Source of the DNA: Azolla caroliniana
Lineage: Eukaryota > Plantae > Polypodiophyta
Length of the DNA: 64,000 nucleotides
Assembly: GCA_043228905.1 (NCBI GenBank)
Contig: JBHGNT010000001.1
Coordinates: 34,100,001 to 34,164,000 of the forward strand
Direction: 5' to 3'
Shown here: positions 25,939 to 39,245 of the stretch, one piece after another
Layout: each line of letters opens with the position of its first letter
Numbering within the stretch: position 1 is the first letter of the stretch
Notes under the pieces: generated by a model
The model's input: only the letters and a program-made list of their open reading frames with translations
Databases searched by the model: none
What the model was told of the DNA's origin: nothing
Made by a program: the position numbers and the translations under genes

Positions 25939-28164
25939 TCAGCTCCAACAGGAATAAATGTTTGAGAGAATCACATACGGTGCAGCATTTGTTGGATCTA
26001 TCCCGAACATCTTGTTTGCATAGTTCTCCCCATGTTCTACATCACCTTTGTACCTACATGCTCCAAGAAAAGCCATCAACAACTCACTTGTAGGTTGCAA
26101 TGATAAATTATTCATCAATATGTTGGCCTCATCCAGACAGCCTGCCCTTCCAAGGAGATCGACAATGCATACATAATGGTCTATGGATGGTGTAATATTG
26201 TGCCCATGAACCATACAAAGGAAGAGATACTGGCCTTCATCTATTAGACCAGCGTGGCTACAAGCATAGAGCATACATATGAAGGTCAAATCATCTGGGT
26301 AAATGCCAAGTTGTTGCATTTGATGAAACAACCTAAACACTACTAGACATTCACCATGTTGTGCACAGACTGCAATTATCACAGTCCATGACACCAGACC
26401 TCGATCAGGTAATTTGTAGAACATCGTTTTAGCATCATCCAGTCGTCCACATTTTCCATAGAAGTTAATCAGAGCTGTTCCAGTAACTGAATCAATCTCA
26501 GAGCCACACTCTAGAAATCCATGAAGCTCTTGTTCACCTCGACCTAAATCTAAGCACAATGTGCATGCATCCAATACGCAAAGGAACATGGTCCTATCAG
26601 GTTGTATTGCTTCCCTTTGCATCAACTCATAGAATGCCAAAGCCTTAACACCTTCACCATTCTCTACATAAACACCCATCATGGAAGTCCAAGAGACTAT
26701 ATTTCGTTCAGTCATACCTCGGAAAACTGTCTCTGCATTATGTATGCTACCACTATTCCCATACATACTGATGAGGGCATTCTGAACATTAACGTCCCTC
26801 TCATGGCCACCATTCACAATGCAGGAATGTAATTGTTTGCCCAGGGAAAATGTGGCCTCCTTTCTGCAGGCACCAAAAATGGAAACATATGTTACCTCAT
26901 TTGGAATCATCCCTTCCTGGAACATCTGGTGAAAAATCTGCACACCTTCCTCTACATGCCCATGAGAAGAGTACACCGTAATCATAGCAGTCCAAGATAT
27001 AACATTTTGCTCCAGCATTCTGGTAAACAAATCCAATGAATGCTGCAACTTACCACATTTGCCATACATATTAATCAGAGAACTTCCGATGTCCACATCC
27101 TTTAGAACCGGAGATGCCAAAATATGAACATGGATTTGCATACCTTCTATCAATGACCCATAGCTTGTACATGCATCTAGCACACAAACAAATGTGATTT
27201 TGTTCGGGTCCATTCCTTGTTGCTTCATGTTTTTGAAACTCTTAAGAGCTTCATATCCTTGACCTTCATAACTATATGCTGCAATGACTGCAGTCCATGT
27301 CACAACATCTTTCTCACGCATACTGTCAAAAACTCGAATTGCATCTTTCATACTACCACATTTAGCATACATATGAATGATAGAGTTTCCAATATGTAAT
27401 TCCGAGTGAAGCCCATTCATTATAATCAAGGAATGCAAAATCATTCCATGAATTTGCAATTTGTGCTTCGAACACGCCTCAAGAATAGTGATGAATGTCA
27501 CTGCATCGGGATTGATTCCTTTCTCTTGCATCTGGGAGAAAAGTTGCATTGCCTCATTGCCTTTTCCACACTTAGCATAACCTAAGATCAGCGTCGTCCA
27601 CGAAATCACATTATGATGGATCATCATCACAAACACCCTATGTGCATCCTCTAATGCATTTGATTTTACATACATATTAACCAAAGCATTGTTAACTACC
27701 ATATCAAGGTGACAGTCACTATCTATGATACATACATGCACGAGATGCCCTCTTTCTGGCAATGTTGCATGCCCACATATATCAATGATACTAATGAAGC
27801 TGACCCGGGTTGGCTTCACACAATTATTCTGCATTTGATGGAATAAATTGAAGACCTCTTTCTCTAACCCAAGCTGAGAGAAAACACGCATCATTACATT
27901 CCAGGTAACCACATCACGTTCCGGCATTTCTTCAAACACCCACCTTGCATCCTCCGGATGACCATATTTTCCATACATATTGATGAGGGCAGTCCCTATG
28001 CGAACATCAGTCTTCAAATCATTTTGCATTATGTACGCATGGATCGACATAACATCATGTGAGCATGTTGTCAAAGAAAGCAAGTAAACAAATGAGACAT
28101 TATCATCTCTGAATGCGGAAAATGTTCTTCTAATGCTCCACATTTGATGTTGTACATCTAGCAA
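25939..28164 (-). CDS. PLS-class pentatricopeptide repeat protein ending in E1/partial E2, no DYW domain (candidate organellar RNA-editing specificity factor). Start uncertain: first in-frame ATG ~28143, or a 5' intron
   Basis: Intronless ~740-aa ORF of repeated P-L-S motifs (ALINMYGKCG, DVVTWTAVI, PNKITFVCVLDAC), then LYACSHAGLIDEG, DHYVCIVDLLGRAG, LGACR and APYVILSNIY followed by a stop. Confidence 0.95.
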   Translation of the reverse strand: MLDVQHQMWSIRRTFSAFRDDNVSFVYLLSLTTCSHDVMSIHAYIMQNDLKTDVRIGTALINMYGKYGHPEDARWVFEEMPERDVVTWNVMMRVFSQLGLEKEVFNLFHQMQNNCVKPTRVSFISIIDICGHATLPERGHLVHVCIIDSDCHLDMVVNNALVNMYVKSNALEDAHRVFVMMIHHNVISWTTLILGYAKCGKGNEAMQLFSQMQEKGINPDAVTFITILEACSKHKLQIHGMILHSLIIMNGLHSELHIGNSIIHMYAKCGSMKDAIRVFDSMREKDVVTWTAVIAAYSYEGQGYEALKSFKNMKQQGMDPNKITFVCVLDACTSYGSLIEGMQIHVHILASPVLKDVDIGSSLINMYGKCGKLQHSLDLFTRMLEQNVISWTAMITVYSSHGHVEEGVQIFHQMFQEGMIPNEVTYVSIFGACRKEATFSLGKQLHSCIVNGGHERDVNVQNALISMYGNSGSIHNAETVFRGMTERNIVSWTSMMGVYVENGEGVKALAFYELMQREAIQPDRTMFLCVLDACTLCLDLGRGEQELHGFLECGSEIDSVTGTALINFYGKCGRLDDAKTMFYKLPDRGLVSWTVIIAVCAQHGECLVVFRLFHQMQQLGIYPDDLTFICMLYACSHAGLIDEGQYLFLCMVHGHNITPSIDHYVCIVDLLGRAGCLDEANILMNNLSLQPTSELLMAFLGACRYKGDVEHGENYANKMFGIDPTNAAPYVILSNIYSCWS

Positions 28165-30931
28165 AAAAGCAATATAATATGGTGAATGTAATGTTTTTTG
28201 TTATATTCTTGATGCAGCAACAGAGAAGATAACCATCATGTGTTGCAGGACCCCACTTGAGATATCGACCGAAATCTTTATAATCCAACAGCTCAGAGCT
28301 TATTATCTCTATGATGCAATTGAAGTTGAAGGGCTACATTAGAAAGCTTTGTCAAGACTTGCACTAAAAACTCTGGTGCTCTGGTTTTCTGTGGAACAAA
28401 AACTCTAAAATGCCCCTGAGTTTCTTTTTTTCTCAGTAAATGCCCCTCACGTTTTCCTTTGTCTCCGTAGGCCAATGTGGCCACACTAGAGTTTATCTAC
28501 CGGCAATTCATGGCATTGAGTTGTCTTCCATGGCTTATGGTTCCTATCGTAATTGCCATTACACCAAGACACCAGAGTTTCGATATGTGGTTGCATTAAA
28601 CATATGATTTATTAGGCCTAGTGATGTCACGTGGCACCACAACTAAGAACTTGATGTGTCGGATGTTGACCTCACCAGAAATAGCGATATGAACAAATTG
28701 AGCCTCCCTTGATCGATTTAAGTGCCACATTAAGATAAACCATTTCCCGTTGGAAAAAAAACGTCAAGACTCATCATTTTCTGGTTTCTCTTTATTAGTC
28801 TAGCTTGTTTGCATACTAACATTTTACTTCCCGAATTGGTTGCTAGCAAAAATTTTGAAACAATTAATGCTTTTCAAAAATTTGTCACCACGGTACTTTG
28901 ATCCTTAGACTCAAGTAATGCTTTACAAGCTAGGGGTACACTCAACAACCAGGTGCTTCATAATGATGACATAGAAGTAAAAATAGTGTTATGTTGTGAA
29001 TCCACCTATTTCGGCCCCAATGGAAGAGAGCAACATACATACTTCTAATATTATTATAACTAATGGAGAAGATAGAGTAACTCATGAATAAGGGAATGAT
29101 GGTACATCATGCATTGAATTCTACAACAACTAGTTAGGACCATTTACCATCTTCATGCATCATGTAGTCACCCCTATGTATGCAACCTCAACAAAAACAT
29201 ACATTTACTATCCTCTATCTTTCACTCTAATCACACAACAAGTGCAAGTAAAGTACATGTGCACAATGAAGGTTGGTGATTGTAAATGCATACAACCGCT
29301 AAGGAAACAATAGTTCAAGATCATGTTATGAAATTATGTCAGTAATCGCTTGCGCATCTGATTTGATCGTGACTCACGAGTCTCTGTCATATTTATTTAC
29401 ATTTGTAGTTATAACTCAATATTGATGTCATTCCAAATTTACAGCATTGGTCACAAGAATAAGGCTCTCCCTTTTGTTAATGACTAGAGTTGAGTTGTCC
29501 CTTGGCTGTACTTCGATATCAATAACTCGCCGTCTTTTATGTTTAACCATGGTTAACTCTTTCCCAAAAGTTGGCACTTATTGATTTACCTTTACACCAA
29601 CTCATTAAACCTACCACATGCATACCTACATATTCTCGTTAGTGTGACACCCCACATCCATTTACACCTTGAGTTTATTTTTTGTATTCGATCACATAAT
29701 AAGATTCAAAATATGGAGAATTGAGTATCGTACAGATGGAACTTAAATGAGAATTGACTAAGTATCTTATAATCCATGTGCATTGGGCATATGGATAAGA
29801 AAAAACATGTATATTAGACAAAAGCACTTTACTGAAATGAGTCAATGATTTTCATAAGGTCCAAAGTTTTATTAGTTTGGTAAACATAAATTTATCGCAA
29901 ACAACTTTACTTTATATTATGTAATTCATCACACGCAATACCACACACAAGTATTGTTGGGTGTTTCTTTAATTTCAATCAAGCTTTCTTCCTAAAGTAG
30001 TGATGATATTTACATAAAATAAATCCATACGAAGAGGCTCACTTCTTTTTGTCTCAACAATATGATATGGCATAGATAAACTATTTGTTATAAACTTTAT
30101 ACAATCACTTATGAAATGACGCATTCGTCTTTGAGGTGTCACATTGAATATGTTCACTTTGGGGAGTTTCCCTTTAATTGTGGGTGCATGATGTAAAGGA
30201 GTTGATTTCGCTATTCACATGAGGGACGAGGAACCAAAAAAGATGATTTATAGAGAAAAAAGCCATCAGGCGACCCACCCAAAAGAGACAGTATTAGGGT
30301 TCAAACGAGGCTTGATAGCCCACAAGTAACCACGATGAAGAGACAAGAATCTCTAAAAGACCAAGTGGAGAAGCTCTTATGAGAGAATGGAGGAACCACG
30401 ATTTACTGCCAAAAAGGGAGACTAGACTCGAGAAAGCAGGAGAGAGACGAGAGCGATGTTGTAGCCTGTGAAAGTAGTTTCGAAACATCTCTTGAGAGTC
30501 GCAAGCTGGTAATATGAGGTTCGAGAAACCGACGAGTGAAATGAAAGTCAAGAACCCCATGACTAGGAGTATCATAGAACCGGAGGACTCGTGAAAGGGG
30601 AAATCGAGCAAAGAACTGATCCACGAGGATGTACCGGAATGTGGCCTCAGTCAAGAACCCACGAGAGCGGAGCTATGCGAACAACATGGGAATCTTGTGT
30701 TTTACAAGAGTGTAACCACCACATGAGACCAACACAATTCATATGTATATATATGTATAACAGTATGTATATGTATGTATATGTGTATATACATACCTAT
30801 ATTTGTTTCTGTGTGTGTGCAGAGGAAACAGAGGAGTTTGATAAGGTTTGTTATCTTGTACATATTGCTTCCCAGGGGGAAGAGGAAGAGAAAAAGGAAA
30901 GGGAAGGGAAAGCCACTGCTCATAGATAGCC

Positions 30932-31387
30932 ATGGCAGGAGGAGATGGTGAAGGGCAGGCCAAGAGCTTGAAATGGAGGAGCATAGGGGATGTTCCAGCA
31001 GGGCCCATCTCCATGGACGGCCACGATCTTTGCTTCAGGAACGCTGCAGATCTTCTGGAAGCCATGGGCCTCCCTGGTGGTCTCCTCCCCCTCGAGAATG
31101 TCATCGATTGCGGCTTCGACAAGGCATCGGGCGCAATGTGGATACGCCAGAAGAAGAAGACCCAACATTACTTCCGTCGCATCGGCCGCATGGTCAGCTA
31201 TGACACTGAGATACGTGCCCAAATTGGGGACCACCGCCTCCACTCCATCTCAGGTGTGAAAGCCAAGGAGTTCCTTGTTTGGACGCCTATTTTCGATGTG
31301 TCGGCTATCGAAGATAAGATCAAGTTTCGAACCTATGGTGGTATTTTGAGAACCTTCTGTGCAGATGCATTTGCTAGGGGTGAGTGA
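30932..31387 (+). CDS. DUF538-family protein, paralog 1
   Basis: LLEAMGLPGGLLPL, HYFRRIGRMVSYDTEI, SGVKAKEFLVW and RTF..AF match the DUF538 pattern; single exon. Confidence 0.92.
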   Translation: MAGGDGEGQAKSLKWRSIGDVPAGPISMDGHDLCFRNAADLLEAMGLPGGLLPLENVIDCGFDKASGAMWIRQKKKTQHYFRRIGRMVSYDTEIRAQIGDHRLHSISGVKAKEFLVWTPIFDVSAIEDKIKFRTYGGILRTFCADAFARGE

Positions 31388-34223
31388 AGTAGCTTTATAT
31401 GCACATTAGCATGCTTGCTAAATGAATATGAAAATGTTAGATCTGGTGTTAGAACATCAAGGAGGAGGATAAAGAAGAATGCTCAATGTGTGGTTGCATT
31501 AAGAAGGACATATAATATTGCCCTTGTTATGGGAGATAAAAACACTGGGAAGTTGTCAGACATCCCGACTTGAAATGTAGGTGTATGTGGTTTCTTGAAT
31601 TAAATTCAAACATTTGCTATAAGGTATTGTAGTTTTACAGAATTGACCTTTTCTCAAGGCTATGTAACAATGCATTGCATAATGTAAGTTTATATCGAGA
31701 TCATTCAAGTATCATGAACATCTGTTAATGATCAACATGTTTGAAGTGTTGGCTGACATATCTCTCGATAATCTTTTATCATGGGCTTTCCTTAACATGT
31801 AGCATCTGCATCCATATACCTATCTGCACCATGAAGGAGATAACAAAGGCAAAAAAGTTTCGGTTGCATTCAAAATACAAAGATCAAAGGCATGTGTATG
31901 TTTGTATAGGTTAGTTCCACCATGCACTGAAGCTTCAACAAGGGTCATCTCAAGAAGAATTGGGCTGAGACAGAGTGTGGTGACCCCCATGCTCAGGTTG
32001 ATTTGGAGCTCCTCTTCACTATATCTTGAAAAATTCCCTTGAATATTGTTGTTACTGTTTTTTCCTTGTCAATGTTTTGGCATTGCAAGCATCAGAAATG
32101 TGGAATTATAAGGGAGGACTGATATGCATCGATTGATAATCAAAGACATATTGATTTTCTTTGTTTGCATACTAAAGTGTTGCTAAGTGAAAACATGTTG
32201 ATCTGCATACATTTACACTTTTATGAGTATACCTCTTGTTTCTCAATACTCTTGTTCGCCCTTCTCTCAACTGATCCTAACATTAACCATCACCAAATCC
32301 ATCATTGAGCATAGTAAGAAGTAGGTTTAAAAGGTCACTGTTTTATGGGATTGGTCTGTTTTCATGTTTTCACATATCATTCTAATCATCATCATAAATT
32401 TATGGGAATTTTTAATCTTGGTAAGTTCTCATAATGAAGTCTAGTTCAAATTTTATTTACATAATAAAATAAGTTTTATGGGATGAGGGTAGGGTCATTG
32501 GGAGAAGTTACATTCAACAAGTTGTTGCTTCTAGAAAGTCAAAGTATAGTATTATGACACGTGAGAATCATCAATAAACAAAGTTGAGTGTACAAACCTC
32601 TTCGCTAATGAAGCCCAAAATTTGTTGTTAAACATGGTTCAATTTGTAAAGCTAATGTAGTGTCCTAAATCATGGTCGAAAGAACAAATTGTTTGCAATT
32701 GATTAGCTCATGTAAGAGCGTCTTCATAACGTACTAATGTAAGATCATCAATGATATTTCGTGTATCTCTTCATACACCTCATGCTTGTTCATTTGCATA
32801 CACAAATTCAAGCAATCAACAAATTTACAAGGTTGTACATTGATAATCGATACTTGATGAGTATCTCTTTAGGAACTCTACACAATAAATCTATGCACCT
32901 CACGTGTTATCAAAGATGGAAATGGAGGATTGTGGAGCTAAAGAGACCTCAAAACTATGCAAGTTTGGTCATGGTAAAGCAAGAATGCTTTTCTCATGCT
33001 AAGAACCAAGATAGTGTTGTTTGGGAAACTTTACTTGCAAATGCACAACAAAAAGATCTAGATAAAATGGTCGCCTTAGTGTTTGGACCATAAATAACAG
33101 AAAATTGATTGATTGCTTATTGTTATGAGTTTTTATAAGGTTATTTCATCTAACTGATCTCTTTTGTTCTCGTTATATCTATGTTTATGTATAATGTACA
33201 CTTAATAGGTATATACATGTAATGGATATCCTTTTGTTTATGTGTAATTTTTTATGCATAAAGTTACTTTATTTGTGTTGAATTTTTTTATCTTTTCTAA
33301 TTTGTTGTTCTTTTTCAATCATTTTATGTGTAAGGTTATAGTTATTTTCTTCAACATTTGGACTGAAAATGTTTTCGATTTATTTAAATGTTTAAGGTCA
33401 TTCTATTTTACTATTTTTTCTTCGTCTTGTTTTCATGTGTGTTTTATGAGAAACATGTGATTTAGACTTAAGTTACTTAATTTTCATTATTAGAACTTGT
33501 TAATTGTCTTATCGTCATGTTGATTTTATAGAATTTATGAATTTGATGATATGTTTAATTTTTAAATTTTTGTTGTTTTATATTGTAAACCTAATTCTTT
33601 ATTAATTATGATATAAATTATTTTATGTGAGTCACAAATAAATGATCCAATCATTCAGTGAGGTTTGCTTTTGCATTCACAAAGTACTAAATCTTCCTCA
33701 AACATGAATGGTCTGTCCGACTCCGTTCTATAGCCAAGGATTTGAAGAGCATGGCCTATTTATTTCACAATTTACTATAGAACGTTGTGATGCATTCATG
33801 ATTTCTTCCCTTCCATCAATGCAAATTTGCAAATAAGAACTAGACTGCCTTGTGAATGCAACCACATATAATATGTAATACATGATTATATGGTGATTGA
33901 TACGTCAATATTATCATTGATCAATTGCAAGCATGTGTAGGAATAACGGTAGAACCCACCTTGCTTAAGGTGGAATTTGTCATTTGAAAATTGATAGGCC
34001 CAAACATTTATAAAGGGAACCTTATTTGAGAGAAATATAGCACATAAAGTTTCCTTGAATACTATATGAACGCGTTTTAGGACAAAAATGAGTGTCATTT
34101 TATGAGGTCAGTATGAAGATATGTTTTGGCTACGGGTATAATGACAAGTAATAATTATTGTTCCAACCACCACATACCCACTCTTGGTTACTAATGTGAA
34201 AACGACCCTTAAGTGTTCATGGG

Positions 34224-34231
34224 TATAAATA
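34224..34231 (+). promoter_or_regulatory. Candidate TATA box of DUF538 paralog 2
   Basis: TATAAATA about 60 bp upstream of the ATG at 34292. Confidence 0.5.
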
Positions 34232-34291
34232 CCATGTGCCTACTCTTGTTTAGTAAACATCTACCGATACATATATTTAGAGGAAGAAAGA

Positions 34292-34738
34292 ATGGCTCTA
34301 GAGGAATGTGAGTTTGAGCTTGGAGGAGAACTTAAACCCAAAACATTTATGGGCAAAGACTATAGTCATGATTTCTCGTTCGACAATGCTGTTGATCTTC
34401 TCGAATCAATGGGCCTTCCTGGCGGCCTCCTAGCGATGGAGGATGTGCTTGATTGTAGCTTCAACAAGGAGTCAGGCATATTGTGGATACGACAAAAGGA
34501 GAAGACCCAACATTACTTCCGTCGCATTGGACGCATGGTGAGCTTTGACACTGAGATACATGTGCGTGTCGCACATCGTCGTCTTCATGGGCTCTCGGGT
34601 GTGAAAGCGAAGGAGCTCTTCTTGTGGGCACCCGTTAGTGATGTCTTGGTCTTGGACGATGGGGAGCGGCTCAAGTTTAGGAGCTATGGTGGCATCACAA
34701 AGACCTTCCCCACAAAAGCTTTTGCTAGGGGGGAGTGA
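34292..34738 (+). CDS. DUF538-family protein, paralog 2
   Basis: LLESMGLPGGLL, HYFRRIGRMVSFDTEI, SGVKAKELFLW; same AFARGE* ending as paralog 1. Confidence 0.92.
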   Translation: MALEECEFELGGELKPKTFMGKDYSHDFSFDNAVDLLESMGLPGGLLAMEDVLDCSFNKESGILWIRQKEKTQHYFRRIGRMVSFDTEIHVRVAHRRLHGLSGVKAKELFLWAPVSDVLVLDDGERLKFRSYGGITKTFPTKAFARGE

Positions 34739-37179
34739 ACATGATTGACTATTGATCATGTTCTTCGTGATAAAAATATGTGCATTCATCATTTAATTTC
34801 TCAAGTATATACATATTAATTGTAGTGTGCCTTGATTGCATCATGTTTATGCTAAGCAAACTTTCTCCCCAAATTGGAATGCCCCATAAGTTTGAAGGCA
34901 TATTTAGAACAACTCGAAATGTATTTTGTTTATTAAACCTCTCTGAAAAACTCTCTTAACTTTAGAGAAACCTACACTTAATATCCTTGATTACGTGAAT
35001 TTGGTTACAAAAGGTTATTCATTCTCCACCATATTTGTATTGCATAGTAAGCAATATCTTTCATTTATCACTACAAATATCCATTTTCGTTTCTCAATGT
35101 GTAGTTTGTGAGAGCTTTTGTAAAAATAAGTGTTGTGACATGTATGTGTCATGGTATCATCACTGATCAGTATATGTTGGCAAGATGGTAACTCAACCTA
35201 CAACGGATGCAGAATGTGCGTCGATGTTTCCTCTTTTTAAGGGAGCCTAATAATACTCAAACAACATGTTGTGTATTTTTAGAGATTATATCTATTGATC
35301 AACATTTTCAAGATGGTGACTAATAATGTATTCGTCTTCGTTTGTGTCAACATATTCACGTAAGGGCTTCAATATTTCCTTTACTATGCCCATGATGAGT
35401 TTATGGTAGCACATGTGTTTAATAAGAACCGACATTTGACCATACGTGAAGGACACGTGCTGTTAATGTTTGCATTTAAATACGTTTGTGATATGTAATT
35501 AGCTTTACGTTAAGTGTTTATGTAGGAATCACACTCTTTGCCTTGCAACAACAATTTATTGTTTATGTCTTTTTGAGGATATGTCAAGGATCCATGTCAT
35601 AAATGTGATAAGTGGTCCTAAATTGGAAGTGTTTGAGTAAGAATAATGTGTACAACACATAATGTGAAAATCTCAATTATACAATCCTTCAACCAAATGT
35701 AAATCTTTTTTCTAGTTTCTCTGATGTTGTTTGTCTTTAATATTTTCAACAAAGTGTTATTTAGCTTCCAATATTTCCTTTTCGTTATTTTTTTCTAGCC
35801 AACCTTCCCAAAAGACTCTAAAGAAGCTCTATTCGATGAACAAGAGTTGGTATCAAGTTCAAAAGAAAGGCTAAGATCTTGTGTATATATCATTGTTTTC
35901 TTATGCTTTTGCATAATTCATCAATAAAGGGATTGTTCTGAGGATTTGAGTAAAATCAACAAACTTGGTTTACTAACATGATCGAAGATAGGTAAAGCCT
36001 TATTGGTTTGGAACATCATAAGATCAGTCTCATTGTGTGGTTGTAAAGTTTGTAGATTAGGGATATTAACAATTTTCTCTAAAACAAATGGCATTCCAAA
36101 ATTGAGGTTGACATTTATAAAAGGGTTTAGAACAATAACATTGTCTCTTAAAGATAATGGCGGCAAAAATAATTAAGGTAGAGGAGCCTAACCCATATTT
36201 CTACAAGAAAATAGAGAATTATCTAAATCAATAAACTCAACATAAGAGTTCAACGGAAAGGGGTTCCATAAATACACAATAAGACCAAATTGTTAGCATA
36301 ACACATCATTTTATCACCAAAGTAACTACAAAGGTCTCTTTCATCAAGCTTTCCCACTTGGCTATAGGAATCATTGCAAAATTGATGAAGTATGAATAAA
36401 ACAAATTTATTTATTTATTTATTCACTCATCGAGAGCTATAGGCAAAGTTGCTAGGAAGATATCCTCATTATATGTACTCCTAAAAGAATACCTATTCAC
36501 AAAAGAATTTTAGCAAATACAATAATTCTTTGAGGTGATTGACAAGGCCTCTTCATCATTCATGTCTACTTCTTGTACAAAACATTGGAAATCTTGGTGA
36601 AATGGTGTTGAACCACTTTGAAAGTTGTTGAAGATTTTCATATCAAATTTATGATGAGCTATTATATTTTACAAACATGGATAGTTAAAGTTTATCTATT
36701 CATTATGAACTGAGTTATATAAAGTTACAAATACCAAATAGGTATGATTTAATGCAAGAGTTGGTGTGCAACTTTGAGCCTCTCGAAGTGGAGACCTCCA
36801 ACGTGTTGGACTAGCATAATAACTTCAACAAGTTATAAGAGCTTTGAGTTTGAAAGGTACTTATTGCAAAGGCTAAATTTACTATTTTGAGAACTATTGT
36901 TCCTTTTCTAGGCTTCATTTTTCATCGAGTGGGTGAATAGCATGAAAACTTATCATAACCATTGTTGTAACTATAAGCTCTCGAACTTCATAATTCATCA
37001 GTACAGTAGACAAAATATAGGAAATAATGCATCACACGTACATTGTAGGCAATGCCTTTGTCTTTACTAAAAATAACTCAAGGTTTTATTGTGGCATTCT
37101 CTTATAAAATATAATGGTCATGATACAAAATAAAAAACATTATTAGTACTAAGGTTTATATGTGTGAACATAATTCATC

Positions 37180-39245
37180 AAAACATTCGCAAATAAAAAT
37201 ATTCATCAAAACATAATTCATCTAATGGCCACTATCTGCTGCATGCTGGATAATCGTGCCCAAGTTGATGAAATTGATAAAAAGGATTATCAGAAATTTC
37301 TTATGGGGGGGCACATAGGAAAAACAAGCTTGTGCAAAGGTTGCTTGGACCGCGCTTATAAAAAGGAAAAGTGCAAGGGGGGTGGGATTGATAGATCCGT
37401 GGTGCAAACGAAGGCATTGCTAGGCAAACTAGTGGTCAGGAGCCTACAACCTCTTGAGGCACCTTGGAAAGTTCTATGGCGACGTAGATGGAAGATGTGG
37501 TTGCCAAGACAAGGAGGACGTTGGCCAAGCAACCCATTTTGGGGCTTTGTGCCAAAAATGAGACCCAAATATTGGGGAAGTATGCAGAGTCTTTGTGCTA
37601 TTGGAATTATGAAAGCATGGCAAGAAATCAGAAAGGGGATCACATGTAGGTGGAGAAATGATGCATATGGGCGGATGTACATGCCAATTGTGTGGAACCC
37701 ATTGATTAGAGATGTGGATGGGCTGATGATAGGACAAAAAGCCGGTTTCAAATGGGTTGAGTTAATCAATGCCCAAGGGAATGCATTAGTGGAATGGGAG
37801 AGGTTTTTGTCCAATGAGGTGGGCACTCAAAAGGCTAGAATATGGAGAATAAGCAGGGGTAAAGGCATGCTCAAGAGAATTACATATGTCATTGCATGCT
37901 ACAGGAATACTTTGGAAAAGGAAGAAGTAACAACCTCTGAAATTGCGTGGACAGGTCTTATAGATATTGAAAATTGTTTAATTGGCATTAAGGGAATGAA
38001 AGTAGAATCAAATGAGGTATGCTACTACAAACTAGAGCACGGAATGGTAAGAGTTGAGCAACCAACCTTTCAAAGAGAAAGGCCGATTAGGCCAATCGCA
38101 AAAAATGGCAAGAATATGATTATTGACCCTAAGCCAAGGGAGATCACACTGGCGACCGTGTGTTGGCCTATAGAAGGGCATTTGGATCTACTATCATGGG
38201 ACCCAACGATGTATTTTTGGAGAACTCAAGGACAAACTGATGGGGAAAAGCTTGTTCAAATTTTCAGGTATAACACGAAGATTGGGAGGCAAATTATTCT
38301 AGAACAAGAACACGACAAGATTGCGGCAAAGAAATTTTGGATACTGGAGGGCATTAGTGAAATGAGACTAGATAAATTTTGGAAAATGATATGGCATGAC
38401 AGATATGACTGCAAGATAATGATGTGCTTATGGCTTATTGCACATAGAGCCTTGTCGGTAGGGATGTGGGGTAAAGGCCCCAATGTAGACCCTAGATGTA
38501 TTGCATGTGGACAGATAGAAAGAATTTCCCATTGTCTATGGGAATGTCGCGAGGTAGTGGCTATATGGGGAAGGACACTACGTTTGCTTTGCCTTGCCTC
38601 TAGTTCGTTCACCCTCTGTACGATAGAACATGCGATGCTCAGTACAGAGGAGAGAATGGCATTGTTCGGTTGATCACTGACAACAGGGTACCTACATCTT
38701 GTGCACAGAATCAAAAACTTGGAGATTTTTGGATGTTGCTTGCCCCCATTACTATATGGTGTATATGGACAACAAGGTGTATCAGGGTATTTTCAGCACA
38801 CAAACACCCTCCAGCTGAATCGATTAAGCTAATCTGACACACATTAATAACTACACTTAGAGCTCAATATGTGCGGATTGATGGTATTGATGATGCTGCT
38901 GAACTAATGAGGCTGAATTTTCGAAAGTGATGGCGTACTACACCGATGGCCACAACAAATGGAATGGATATACTATGGAAGTATGAAGTACCCAGATGGT
39001 TTTCCCCCTCCCATTCGTTGAACGAGGGGCGTGAAAGACATGGCATGTGGGATAGTGAATGTAGGTGAAGTGTATGAAAGGATGGTTAGAGACATATGTG
39101 AAAGTGTAAGATAAATCAACGAGATCTCTTATGTAGGATAGGATAGTCTTGGCACGGCCTACCCGAGAAAGGGATCGAGTTTGTGTATATTTTAACTAAT
39201 GGAGTATATTCTTTTTTGGAAAAAAAAAAAAACATTCGCAAATAA
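37180..39245 (+). mobile_element. 5'-truncated, degenerate L1-type LINE (post-RT region and zf-RVT) with poly(A) tail and 17-bp TSD
   Basis: Frameshifted RNFLWGG..AKVAW..K..GG..TKALLGK motif. zf-RVT-like FWKMIW..KIMMCLWLIAHRAL..CIACGQIERISHCLWEC..W. A-tail at 39220-39232. TSD AAAACATTCGCAAATAA at 37180-37196 and 39229-39245. Confidence 0.92.

Noticed and set aside
37225-38673. 482-aa ORF as a host gene
   Set aside because: It is the frameshifted C-terminal part of a LINE ORF2 bounded by TSD and poly(A).
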